Shown here: in pieces, positions 14,093 to 25,809 of the stretch | Numbering within the stretch: the first letter of the stretch is position 1 | Layout of the letters: the number at the start of each line of letters is the position of its first letter | Source of the DNA: Macrostomum lignano | Lineage: Eukaryota | Direction of reading: 5' to 3' | Length of the DNA stretch: 64,000 nucleotides | Assembly: GCA_002269645.1 (NCBI GenBank) | Contig: NIVC01000001.1 | Span: 310,001 to 374,000, forward strand | Program-made: the position numbers and the translations under genes | Notes under the pieces: generated by a model | Seen by the model: only the letters and a program-made list of their open reading frames with translations | Databases searched by the model: none | Told to the model about the DNA's origin: nothing

Positions 14093-15352
14093 AATCGAAC
14101 GGATTGAAGCTGGGGTCGTGGGCGCGATAGTCGGATGCGCGTTTTCCACAGAGAGCTGCTCTGAGATGCGATATATTAATAGAGAAGTAGACAGGAATAG
14201 AAATGGCAGAGAGAGAGAGAGTCAGCTGGCCTCGCCGCTCTCAGCGTCCCATTTCCCGAACAGCGGATGTGATAATGACGAAGTCTTGCTGGGACATTTT
14301 GGCTTCAGAAAATTTACGCTCGCAAATACAATAATAGCAGAAATTATGAGAATAATAATCATATGTTATTCTCTTCCTTCCTTCCGTGCGCGCAGAGCCT
14401 ATGCGGATTTTTTTTTCTCTCCATTGCAGGAATCCCTCTCGCACCTTCGCCCTTCATCGGTCGCGCAGCGTGAGGTCCCGGGGAATCCTCTTAATGAGGC
14501 TCCCCCCGCCGCCGGCTTCCCTCCCAGCCTCCCAGAGCCGCGGCGGCTGGTGAAGCAGAGGATGAAGGGGAAGCTGAAGTGGAGACGGCCGCAGGAGTCT
14601 TTTCTTGCGAGAGAGACGGTCGCGCTCTGTTTTGACAGCTTGGAAAGAAAATATTTGAAATGCGCACCAGTTTCTGGCGGGCAACTAACCGCGCGGCCGT
14701 AATTGCTTTTGTGCCGCATCCGGGATGGGGAAGCCGCTACCCGTGTTACTACGGAACAGGGGGAGTGGGAGGTCGAGTTTCCAGGGATGCCATGGGAAAA
14801 CAGGAACAAGAGCGGGGAGAAATTATCCTCCTCCAGCTGGCTTACCGGCGTAAAAGAACCTTGTTGCACGAAACTGGGTCTTGCAGGCTCTGCTGCCGGC
14901 CCCTCATTGGGGGGGGGGGGTTTAAGCAAGTTTCGCTACAAAAAACTGCTGGACAAGGAAGCTGAGGAGGATGGAGGGGGGGGGGTAAAGACGAGTGTCA
15001 AAGAGGCCTCGCTTACCTAAGTGCGGGACGCGCCGCTTTCCATTTCGGTGGACTGGGTAGAATTTACCGACTGGTTTGCAGACAGGAGAGCTACTTAGAA
15101 AAGATCCCTGACCTCCATCTCGATGAAAGCCGGCCGGGTTTCTAGTGCGGCTCTGGAATTCCCGGGGTGCAGAATGCAGCTCGTATGGCTGGGCCTGCAG
15201 TTCCCCAGCCGAAACTGCTGATCGCCTGGGCGACTCCGATGACACCTTCAGCTGTTGTTGGGGACTGCGGCGTTCATCAGCCTTGCCCGTCACTTTTCCC
15301 TGCCGACCCCAACAAGCCCGCTCAGGGTGCAGCTGCAGTCCATCCCTCTCAC

Positions 15353-15437
15353 CTAGCGCTACCGCTAAGCCGGGGCAGAGAAGGAAGAGGGTCAAGAGTG
15401 CCAGGAGACAGGAAGGCCGATATCGTATATCCCACGT
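15353..15437 (-). CDS. Candidate alternative signal-peptide exon inside neurexin intron 3 (no ATG of its own)
   Basis: Pyrimidine tract plus CAG| acceptor; TWDIRYRPSCLLALLTLFLLCPGLAVAL; donor TAG|GTGAGA in phase 1, matching exon 4. Confidence 0.45.
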
Positions 15438-15591
15438 CTGGGGCGAATAAAGATGGGGAGATTCTATGAGATTAAAGAGGCGCGAGTTTCACGTTTGATA
15501 GCGCCGGAGCTTCTGGTTTAGGACTAGAAGCCTGAATAATAATTATTATTAATATTATAGTAACTTTAATACTTTGACTTTCTAATCGTCA

Positions 15592-15870
15592 GGGGCCGCC
15601 GTAGCCCAGTAGTCCCCCGCCGCTCTGATGTGCCAGCGGCCCAGGCTCGATTCCCAGTGCAGTTGCATTAATTTGGAGCTGAATTGGAATCTCGGCTTGG
15701 CTCTGCTCGTGCAATTAACGACCTTGAGGGCAAGCCCCAAGGCACAGTGAAGTGTACATGTCTAAAGATGAATAAAGTCAGGGCCGCTGTACACTCATGT
15801 GTTGTGTGTGCCTGTGCGTATGACTGGAAGACTGGAAGTGGACACAACTTAAGAACGGAAGCAGAAATTA
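15592..15870 (+). mobile_element. tRNA-headed SINE family B, near full-length copy
   Basis: GGGGCCGCCGTAGCCCAGTAG (A-box-like) and GGCTCGATTCCC (B-box-like); the 60-bp core at 15743-15802 is shared with three other loci. Confidence 0.65.
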
Positions 15871-16204
15871 GAATCTGCATTGACAACCAAATCGAAAAAG
15901 TTTCAAGACTGAAATTTCGATACTTTAGCTGAACAGACTATTTCATTAAACAAAGCCCCGTCAACTTTTTGGGCAATTCGACATCAAAAATGTAATTTTT
16001 ATCCCACAGTCGGATGAATGCACCATCGGCTATGCTTGAAAGTTTTTTTTTCAAATTCCCTGCGCAGTTTTAAATTGGGCTCTCTGGACAGACACAACTA
16101 CACCAGTGCATGGATTCTGTTGATGCACAGTTCGAAATTTCATGCGAGAGATCGTGATGATCCTGCGTTTAGGGGGTGGGGGATTATTAGTGCGGAATTT
16201 CAGG

Positions 16205-16700
16205 ATTCCTAGATGGGGATAATCCAAGAAAGGGGACTCCTAGATGGGGATAATCCAAGAAAGGGGACTCCTAGATGGGGATAATCCAAGAAAGGGGACT
16301 CCTAGATGGGGATAATCCAAGAAAGGGGACTCCTAGATGGGGATAATCCAAGAAAGGGGACTCCTAGATGGGGATTATCCAAGAAAGGTGATTCCTAGTT
16401 AGGGATTATCGTAGAAAGGGGATTCGTAGATGGGGATTATCCTACATAGGGGATTCCTAGATGTGGATAATCCAAGATGGGGATCTCTAGTTTGGGATTA
16501 TCCTAGATAGCGGATTCCGAGATGGGGATTATCCAAGAAAGGGGATTCTTAGATGGGGATAATCCTAGATAGCGGTTTCCTAGATGGGGATTATCAAAGA
16601 TAGGGGATTCCTAGATGGGGATAATCCAAGAAAATGGACAATCTAAGAAAGGGAATTCCTAGATGGGGAACAAAAATTCAAGAGAGGGGATTTTAGGACT
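16205..16700. repeat. Minisatellite, 31-bp unit decaying rightwards
   Basis: CCTAGATGGGGATAATCCAAGAAAGGGGACT. Confidence 0.9.
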
Positions 16701-17329
16701 TTGTAATTTCTCTTAAAAATAGGGATTTCGAAAATGAAGACTCGAGATTGAGTCAAGCATGCGGTTCCTTTAGAGAAGTACATGTACAAGTGACATCATT
16801 GTTTTCTCTCCTTCATCTGCGTACGCGGGTTTTCCTTCTTCCTCGCTGCAGTCTCTCGCTCTCCCCATTCCCAGAGTCGCCAGCTCCATCAGTCTCAGAT
16901 GTGTGCAGGAATCGATTATCGACAATCGCCCAACGAGGCCAGTTGAAGCGGCGGTATGCTCCTCTGCTCTGCACCCTCCTCTGCTTTCTAGTCTTCGCAG
17001 CATCTCAGAGCGGCTGGGGTGGAAGAAGGAATATCGGACACTCCCAGATGAGGAAAGACACTTGCGCCTGTTCCCGTCTCGCCCTTGCCCTCTCTCGAGC
17101 AGGGGCGGTGGAGATTTTGAACTCGAGAGCAAATCGACCTTTTTCTTCCGACGCAGTTTTTCTTTGCTTTGTCGATCTGGCGGGGGGACAGCGGGAGACA
17201 TTGGGGATGGTTTGGAGACAACTGGCTGCCCCTCCTTGCTGACAGCTCGGCGATTCTCAATTGCTGAGTGCATCAAACTGTTCAATAGCTCTCTGCGTTG
17301 CATCATATTTTCTATTCGTGCAGACCCTT

Positions 17330-18150
17330 GATCTATCCTAGAGATCCCTATTCTATCCTAGAGATCCCTATTCTATCCTAGAGATCCCTATTCTATCCTA
17401 GAGATCCCTATTCTATCCTAGAGATACCTATTCTATCCTAGAGATCCCTATTCTATCCTAGAGATCCCTATTCTATCCTAGAGATCCCTATTCTATCCTA
17501 GAGATCCCTATTCTATCCTAGAGATATCTATTCTATCCTAGAGATATCTATTCTATCCTAGAGATCCCTATTCTATCCTAGAGATCCCTATTCTATCCTA
17601 GAGATCCCTATTCTATCCTAGAGATCCCTATTCTATCCTAGAGATTCCCAATTCTATCTTAAAGATTCCCAATTCTATCCTAGAGATCCATACTCTATCC
17701 TAGAGACCCCCATTCTATCCTAGAGGTTCCCATTCTATCCTAGAGATTCCCGATTCTATCCTAAAGATTCCCAATTCTATCCTAAAGATCCCCATTCTAT
17801 CCTAGAGATCCATACTCTATCCTAGAGATCCAAATTCTATCCTAGAGATCCCCATTTTATCCTAGAGATCGCTATTCTACCCTAGAGATCCCATTCTATC
17901 CTAGAGATTCCCAAGTCTATCCTAAAGATCCCCATTCTATCCTAGAGATCCATACTCTATCCTAGAGATCCAAATTCTATCCTAGAGATCCCCATTTTAT
18001 CCTAGAGATCCATACTTTATTATAGAGATCCCTAATCTATCCTAGAGATCCCCATTCTATCCTAGAGATCACCATTCTATCCTAGAGATCCCCATTCTAT
18101 CCTAGAGATCCCCATTCTATCCTAGAGAACCCCAGAGAGCCGAATTCTAT
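17330..18150. repeat. Minisatellite, 20-21-bp unit
   Basis: CTAGAGATCCCTATTCTATC. Confidence 0.95.
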
Positions 18151-18649
18151 CCAGCAGATCCCAAAGCATACCCCAGTGATCCCAGTGCAAGCAGCCCGAT
18201 GCAATTTGGGCATCCCAGCTTCCTAGATGAAGCTTTCCTCATTGGCATTTGGCCGCCCAAGGGTGTAAGTGTAACTCTCCACCTCAATACTGCGCATAGC
18301 TCAGCCGGGACACTTGCACTATAAATTGCTAGCTGGGATTGCAGCCACAGGCGCAGCTGGGAGGCAAACAACCCCAGTCCTCTGACTGATGATGCGCCAA
18401 TGTACTTTTCAGCGTCCCGCCGGCCGAAAGAGAGTCATAGGCGTGTGAAATTAGATTACAAAGGGCCCGAAGAGAGGCGAGCGTGAGCATCGGCGAGGGG
18501 TCACCGGCGCTGCTCTGAAAGCGCTAATGAATTTCTCTTTTTTTGCCCGGAGTTATGACTGACAGGGTTCTGTTAGAGTGTTGTAATCCTCTTTACAGGT
18601 TGCTAGGGTGTGTAGTCTGAGTTTATAGTTCAGAGCTTATAAACCTTCT

Positions 18650-19780
18650 TTCCTGAGTACGGTTTGGACTCATTCCTGAGTAGGGTTTGGACTCATTCCT
18701 GAGTAGGGTTTGGACTCATTCCTGAGTACGGTTTGGACTCATTACTGAGTAGGGTTTGGACTCATTCCTGAGTACGGTTTGGACTCATTCCTGAGTACGG
18801 TTTGGACTCATTCCTGAGTACGGTTTGGACTCATTACTGAGTAGGGTTTGGACTCATTCCTGAGTAGGGTTTGGACTCATTCCTGAGTAGGGTTTGGACT
18901 CATTACTGAGTACGGTTTGGACTCATTCCTGAGTAGGGTTTGGACTCATTCCTGAGTAGGGTTTGGACTCATTCCTGAGTAGGGTTTGGACTCATTCCTG
19001 AGTAGGGTTTGGACTCATTCCTGAGTACGGTTTGGACTCATTCCTGAGTACGGTTTGGACTCATTACTGAGTAGGGTTTGGACTCATTCCTGAGTAGGGT
19101 TTGGACTCATTCCTGAGTAGGGTTTGGACTCATTCCTGAGTACGGTTTGGACTCATTCCTGAGTAGGGTTTGGACTCATTCCTGAGTACGGTTTGGACTC
19201 ATTCCTGAGTAGGGTTTGGACTCATTACTGAGTACGGTTTGGACTCATTACTGAGTAGGGTTTGGACTCATTCCTGAGTACGGTTTGGACTCATTTCTGC
19301 GTAGGGTTTGGACTCATTCCTGAGTAGGGTTTGGACTCATTCCTGAGTACGGTTTGGACTCACTCCTGAGTAGGGTTTGGACTCATTCCTGAGTAGGGTT
19401 TGGACTCATTCCTGAGTACGGTTTGGACTCATTCCTGAGTAGGGTTTGGACTCATTCCTGAGTAGGGTTTGGACTCATTCCTGAGTAGGGTTTGGACTCA
19501 TTCCTGAGTAGGGTTTGGACTCATTTCTGCGTAGGGTTTGGACTCATTCCTGAGTACGGTTTGGACTCATTCCTGAGTAGGGTTTGGACTCATTCCTGAG
19601 TAGGGTTTGGACTCATTCCTGAGTACGGTTTGGACTCATTCCTGAGTACGGTTTGGACTCATTCCTGAGTAGGGTTTGGACTCATTCCTGAGTAGGGTTT
19701 GGACTCATTCCTGAGTACGGTTTGGACTCATTCCTGAGTACGGTTTGGACTCATTTCTGAGTACGGTTTGGACTCATTCC
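18650..19780. repeat. Minisatellite, 23-bp unit (about 49 copies)
   Basis: GAGTA[G/C]GGTTTGGACTCATTCCT. Confidence 0.95.
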
Positions 19781-19859
19781 CCACAGCGCACTCCATCCCA
19801 AACAAGGCATTCGAACATCGGATTACCCGAAAGCCCGCCAAGCAGTTTTCGCAGCTCAC

Positions 19860-20053
19860 CGAGTTCGCAGGCCACTCCTGAGTAGCCGGGCGCGCAGAAG
19901 CAGAAGCCGGGCTCGAGCTCGGCACCGCTCCCCAGCTGCGCCAAGCAGACACCGCCGTTCCGACACGAGTGCCGACACGCTGCCGACTGCCGGCGAAGAC
20001 GGACCCCGTCGCCAACTTCAATGACGCCGGGTGCAAGAAGGCCGGCTTCGTTG
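19860..20053 (-). CDS. Nrx-1: Neurexin-like gene, exon 3: EGF-like domain
   Basis: Acceptor TTCCAG|C; encodes CRHSCRNGGVCLAQ...GFCFCAPGYSGVACEL (six-Cys EGF). Donor CG|GTGAGC, phase 1. Confidence 0.85.
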
Positions 20054-20099
20054 CTGGAATGTTAAATTGAGAAGAAATTGTAGGGTCCATCTAATGTCA

Positions 20100-20530
20100 A
20101 TAGGGATCATCTGACTCAAACAGGGATCATCTGACTCAAACAGGGATCATCTGACTCAAGCAGGGATTCACCTGACTCAAACAGGGATTCCCCTGACTCA
20201 AGCAGGGATTCTTCTGACTCAAACAGGGATTCATCTGACTCAAGCAGGGATTCTTCTGACTCAAGCAGGGATTCTTCTGACTCAAACAGGGATTCACCTG
20301 ACTCAAACAGGGATTCTTCTGACTCAAGCAGGGATCATCTGACTCAAACAGGGATCATCTGACTCAAACAGGGATTCATCTGACTCAAACAGGGATTCAT
20401 CTGACTCAAACAGGGATTCGTCTGACTCTAACAGGGATTCGTCTGACTCTAACAGGGATTCATCTGACTCTAACAGGGATTCATCTGACTCAAGCAGGGA
20501 TTCATCTGACTCTAACAGGGATTCGTCAGA
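20100..20530. repeat. Minisatellite, 20-21-bp unit (neurexin intron 2)
   Basis: CAGGGATTCATCTGACTCAAA. Confidence 0.95.
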
Positions 20531-20682
20531 CTCTGTAGGTGCACCATTTGACTGACTTGCTATAGGCCATCACGACAAAGTTGATCCAGGGACAACTAAA
20601 ACTGAGTTGATCTTAGCGATCTCATTAAACCAAAACTCATGGGGTCTCAAGGGGTCACCTGCCCCCTTCCTGAGGTCCCCAC

Positions 20683-20908
20683 CTGCCGTCGCAGTCGGTG
20701 TACACGGCATTGGCAACAGTGCCCCGGAAGTTGCGCATGACGCCGGCGCCGTAGAAGGCCAGCGACTGCGCATTCTCGGACAGCCGCGGCGGTAGGCCAC
20801 CAACGAAAACTCGGCCAGAGTCGAGCACCCTATCTGGCCGGCCAGATCCGGACAGCGGCGTCCGCTGGGTGTCCAGCAGAGCTGTGCAATTGGTGACGTT
20901 GAGCTGGC
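20683..20908 (-). CDS. Nrx-1: Neurexin-like gene, exon 2: C-terminal half of LNS1
   Basis: Not in the ORF track frame. Acceptor ACGCAG|GC; reads GQLNVTNC...RVFVGGLPPRLSENAQSLAFYGAGVMRNFRGTVANAVYTDC, with the LamG 'FVGGLP...F.G.I' signature. Donor CAG|GTGGGG. Phases 1 to 2 fit both neighbours. Confidence 0.85.
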
Positions 20909-20949
20909 CTGCGTGTTTGGCAAGTCAGTCAGTTTGCTGGGGCTTGGGG

Positions 20950-21345
20950 TGCTGTGTTTTTACCATAGACAGTCTCAGCTTGTCTTGGAATCGGTTGAAA
21001 GCATATGACTGAGTGTGTTTTTACCATAGACAGTCTCAGCGTGTCTTGGAATCGGTTGAAAGCATATGACTGAGTGAGTTTTTACCATAGACAGTCTCAG
21101 CGTGTCTTGGAATCGGTTGAAAGCATATGACTGATTGAGTTTTTACCATAGACAGTCTCAGCTTGCCTTGGAATCGGTTGAAAGCATATGACTGAGTGAG
21201 TTTTTACCATAGACATTCTCAGCTTGCCTTGGAATCGGTTGAAAGCATATGACTGAGTGAGTTGTTACCATAGACAGACTCAGCGTGTCTTGGAATCGGT
21301 TGAAAGCATATGACTGATTGAGTTTTTACCATAGACAGTCTCAGA
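20950..21345. repeat. Minisatellite, 61-bp unit (neurexin intron 1)
   Basis: TACCATAGAC recurs every 61 bp from 20961 to 21327. Confidence 0.95.
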
Positions 21346-21428
21346 CTGTAATACACTACGCGTACTGGGGCTCATAGTCCATAGTCACAATGCAGAACCT
21401 GAATGTTCTATGTAAGGGGAATTCGTAC

Positions 21429-21879
21429 CTCCTCGCCTCCTAGAGATGCAATCGTCCAGTCCTTCGAGCCTCGCCAGTAGAGACTGCCTCTCAAGGGTGA
21501 ACTTTAATCTCAGAAACTCGTATTGTCTAGCGGGTTCGCCCAGCGACAAGCTGATGAGCGTGAGGGAGGCATTCGGTACTCGGTAAATGTTCAGGCGCAG
21601 GTTCAGCCGGCCGTCCACCAGCCAGGCGTACAGAAACAGCGGCAAACCCGGCGATTTCACAGCTTCCTCGTCCTTCATCTCGCTATAGACAAGCAGTCCA
21701 GCTTCTCCTCGGCTGGGCGCGCTGAAGTCCAACTGCAGCGAGGCATTGGAGCAGGGCTGCCAGGCCGGCAGGGCCAGGTAGGCACTGCGGTTGCCGTTGA
21801 ATTCACCGACAAAAGCCGGCGATGCAGCTCCAAAGCAGCTGCGAATTGCCGCTGCCAGGCAGAGAAGGAACCTCAGCAT
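21429..21879 (-). CDS. Nrx-1: Neurexin-like gene, exon 1: signal peptide plus N-terminal part of laminin-G (LNS1) domain
   Basis: ATG at 21879 gives MLRFLLCLAAAIRSCFG (signal-like), then FNGNRSAYLALPAWQPCSNASLQLDF...GLLVYSE...LVDGRLNLRL, a neurexin LNS1 pattern. Donor GAG|GTACGA after 21429, phase 1. Confidence 0.8.
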
Positions 21880-22063
21880 CTCCAGCTGGTTTTCAATTGG
21901 GCTGTTGGCTCTGGCATGGTGAACGTTTGAGTCATCGTGCTCAGCTAGACTGCAGCAGATGTCCGTCTTTAGTGAATTCTATCTAGGCTAATAGAGCTTA
22001 CAGAGCTTTGCCCGCTGATATAAATGTAGAACTATAGCTGAATGGGGGAGCAAGTGAGCGAAG

Positions 22064-22090
22064 CTGATTGGCTGATGGCTCTGATTGGCT
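22064..22090 (-). promoter_or_regulatory. Two CCAAT boxes (AGCCAATCAG) upstream of the neurexin ATG
   Basis: ctgattggct at 22064-22073 and 22081-22090, about 185-210 bp upstream of the start codon; matches the NF-Y consensus. Confidence 0.45.
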
Positions 22091-22139
22091 AAGAGGCTGT
22101 GGCCTGGCTCTGACATGCTTTCTGCTGCTTTCTTAATAG

Positions 22140-22500
22140 TGCTAATCCAATGAGTTTGTGGATGCTAATCCAATGAGATTGTGAATGCTAATCCAATGAG
22201 TTTGTGAATGCTAATCCAATGAGTTGGTGAATGCTAATCCGATGAGTTTATGCATGCTAATCCAATGAGTTTTTGATTGCTAATCCAATGAGTTTATGAC
22301 TCATAATCCAATGAGTTTATGACTCATAATCCAATGAGTTTATGACTGATAATCCAATGAGTTTATGACTGATAATCCAATGAGTTTATGCATGCTAATC
22401 CAATGAGTTTATGACTGATGATCCAATGAGTTTATGACTGATAATCTAATGAGTTTATAAATGTTAATCCAATGAGTTTATGGTTGATAAACTAATGAGT
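22140..22500. repeat. Degenerate 23-bp minisatellite upstream of the neurexin promoter
   Basis: TAATCCAATGAGTTT core. Confidence 0.9.
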
Positions 22501-22913
22501 CTAGGAATGCTAATTTGTTTATCTATTCCGTCTACCTAGCTCTATTTAATGAAATTCTTTTAAATTAAAGAATTTTAGTAATTTTTTCGGCTTGCATGGC
22601 AGCTACCTGGGTGTCGCCGATTGTTTACTTTTAATTAGATCCAGCTTCTTAAAAATATAAGCGGCATATCGTATCTTTAGAGCTGAGTGAGAAACAGATG
22701 CTGTCTGTGAAATTGTTTTTGCAGTGACTGTCATTAATACTGATACAAATATAACAATAACAGTCCTGTGCGAAGGCAGCTGAGATACTGAAATATGATA
22801 GGGCTGCACTGGAAACAACTGAGAGTAACAGAGCGAGATACTTTGAGAAACCCGAGAGACACGAACTATATAATGTTGGCAGACCGATGGACTGACCGTT
22901 TAAGCTAATACTT

Positions 22914-22914
<1 letters not shown>

Positions 22915-22969
<55 letters not shown>

Positions 22970-23080
22970 GGCAGGCAGGCAGACAGACAGGCGGGCAGAC
23001 AGACAGGCAGGCAGGCAGACAGATAGACAGGCAGGCAGACAGACAGACAGGCGGGCAGACAGACAGGCAGACAGGCAGAT
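22915..23080. repeat. (GACA/GGCA)n microsatellite
   Basis: Direct read. Confidence 0.95.
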
Positions 23081-23739
23081 CATGCACCAGTCCCGCAGAC
23101 AACAGAAGACTAGTAATCTTAGGCAGGTGCAGCTTCAGCCAGAGCGGTGCCTGGACAGCCCTGGAGTGGACTGATAGAGCGTTTCTGTGTTTCTGCATTC
23201 GGACCGAACAGCCGACTCCGTGAATGGTTGGTCTGGAAGTCAGCTCTGCCTATTTAGCGAACTTGATACCTGATTGTTTTAGGAAAGGAACTTGTCCGGC
23301 AGGGTGCAGTGGGCCTGATGTTGCAGGCATCGGTCCAGCACATGGAATGAATTCAATTCGGTTCCGATTTCAGCAGAGTTTTCAGTCTGACTCTCTGTCA
23401 CTAACTAAAGTAGAGTTCTGGGACTATTTAGCATCGCCCTGTACTTGTGTATCTAAACTTTCAACTTCAAAACTGCTTGCTTGTCTTCTGAATTGCTTCT
23501 TTTTGAGATAGGACTTCGATCGTTTGAGCTCAACGGTTTCTGCAGCCAGTGAGGATGTCCATTTCAAATGCTGCCTGCTCTGCGTGGCTGCATCTGAGCT
23601 CCCCGATTCACGCTTGGCCCAGCCTGCTTCTGCTGGGCTCGGCTCGACAAAGGGATTTCGGTTGGGAGGATTGCATCCTGTAGATAGGGGAAAGGGAGAT
23701 GGCCGGGAAAGGGAAATGGGGTAGGAAGAGAGGGATATG

Positions 23740-25435
23740 AAGGAGACTGAGAGACACTGAGAGACTGATAGAGACTGAGAGAGACTCAGAGAGACTGAGA
23801 GAGACTGAGAGAGACTGAGAGAGACTGAGAGAGACTGAGAGAGACTGAGAGAGACTGAGAGAGACTGATAGACACTAGGAGAGACTGAGAGACTGAGAGA
23901 CACTGAGAGACACTGAGAGAGACTGAGAGAGACTAAGAGAGACTGAGAGACACTGGGAGACACTGAGAGAGAGACTGAGAGAGACTGAGAGACACTGGGA
24001 GAAACTGAGAGACTGAGACACTGAGAGAGACTGAGAGGGACTGAGAGACACTGGGAGAGACTGAGAGAGACTGAGAGAGACTGAGAGAGACTGAGAGAGA
24101 CTGAGAGAGACTGAGAGAGACTGAGAGAGACTGAGAGAGGCTGAGAGAGACCGAGAGAGACTGAGAGAGACTGAGAGAGACTGAGAGAGACTGAGAGACT
24201 GAGAGAGACTGAGAGACACTGGGAGAGACTGAGAGAGACTGAGAGAGACTGAGAGAGGCCGAGAGAGACCGAGAGAGACTGAGAGAGACTGAGAGAGACT
24301 GAGAGAGACTGAGAGACTGAGAGAGACTGAGAGACACTGGGAGAGACTGAGAGAGACTGAGAGACACTGAGAGAGACTGAGAGAGACTGAGAGAGACTGA
24401 GAGAGACTGAGAGACACTGGGAGACACTGAGAGAGACTGAGAGAGACTGAGAGAGACTGAATGAGACTGAGAAAGACTGAGAGAGACTGAGAGAGACTGA
24501 GAGAGACTGAGAGAGACTGAGAGACTGAGAGAGACTGAGAGACACTGGGAGAGACTGAGAGAGACTGAGAGACACTGAGAGAGACTGAGAGAGACTGAGA
24601 GAGACTGAGAGAGACTGGGAGACACTGAGAGAGACTGAGAGAGACTGAGAGACACTGGGAGAAACTGAGAGACTGAGAGACACTGAGAGAGACTGAGAGG
24701 GACTGAGAGACACTGGGAGAGACTGAGAGAGACTGAGAGAGACTGAGAGACACTGGGAGAGACTGAGAGACTGAGAGACACTGAGAGAGACTGAGAGAGA
24801 CTGAGAGACTGAGAGACACTGAGAGAGACTGAGAGAGACTGAGAGAGACTGAGAGACACTGAGAGACACTGAGAGACACTGGGAGAGACTGAGAGACTGA
24901 GAGACACTGAGAGAGACTGAGAGGGACTGAGAGACACTGGGAGACACTGGGAGACACTGAGAGAGACTGAGAGAGACTGAGAGACACTGGGAGAAACTGA
25001 GAGACTGAGAGACACTGAGAGAGACTGAGAGAGACTGAGAGACTGAGAGACACTGAGAGAGACTGAGAGAGACTGAGAGAGACTGAGAGACACTGAGAGA
25101 CACTGAGAGACACTGGGAGAGACTGAGAGACTGAGAGACACTGAGAGAGACTGAGAGGGACTGAGAGACACTGGGAGAGACTGAGAGAGACTGAGAGAGA
25201 CTGAGAGACTGAGAGAGACTGAGAGAGACTGAGAGACTGAGAGAGACTGAGAGAGACTGAGAGACACTGAGAGACACTGAGAGACACTGGGAGAGACTGA
25301 GAGACTGAGAGACACTGAGAGAGACTGAGAGGGACTGAGAGACACTGGGAGAGACTGAGAGAGACTGAGAGAGACTGAGAGACACTGGGAGAGACTGAGA
25401 GAGACTGGGAGAGACTGAGAGAGACTGAGAGAGAT
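23740..25435. repeat. (GAGAGAGACT)n 8-10-bp repeat, about 1.7 kb
   Basis: Direct read; the source of the spurious SLSQ ORFs. Confidence 0.97.
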
Positions 25436-25809
25436 GGCTTGTCAGAACATGAATTCTTCCCGACCAGAAAAAAGAGCAAGAAAGGAATTTAAAAATGGTG
25501 GGAGAGAAAAGGCAAGAGACGGAGAAGGCACAAAGCAGATGCCAAGAAAGAAAAATGAAAAATAGACACTGCACGTCTGAAACTTTAAACCAGAGAGTTA
25601 CATTTTCAAGTAAGGGCTGAAATTGTTGGAAAAAGCAGGCCACTCACGGTGCCAAGAGGGATTTTGCTGCAGCACTCTGACAAATTGAGACGTCCATTTG
25701 TAGCTCTTCTATTCAAGAATTAACTTAAGCCTCTGCTGTTCCGATAAAACCCTTTTCAGACTGGCTTTAGCGAAGTCTTCATTCTTAGCAGTTGAAAAAG
25801 TACAGAATC

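Noticed and set aside
14846-14935. 90-nt cassette exon candidate in the neurexin intron (TGTAG| ... CCG|GTAAGC)
   Set aside because: In the required phase 1 it reads into TAA after four codons.
14085-15020. Plus-strand ORFs of 105-205 aa (including KFRYKKLLDKEAEED) suggesting a nested gene
   Set aside because: No recognisable domain, no consistent splice chain, and no codon bias like the real exons.
16748-17331. Overlapping 142-178-aa ORFs
   Set aside because: No domain similarity or usable splice sites; likely chance ORFs in GC-balanced sequence.
20950-21345. Regularly spaced repeats resembling CRISPR arrays (also the 39-44-bp arrays)
   Set aside because: Units are head-to-tail with no unique spacers and sit in spliceosomal introns of a eukaryote.
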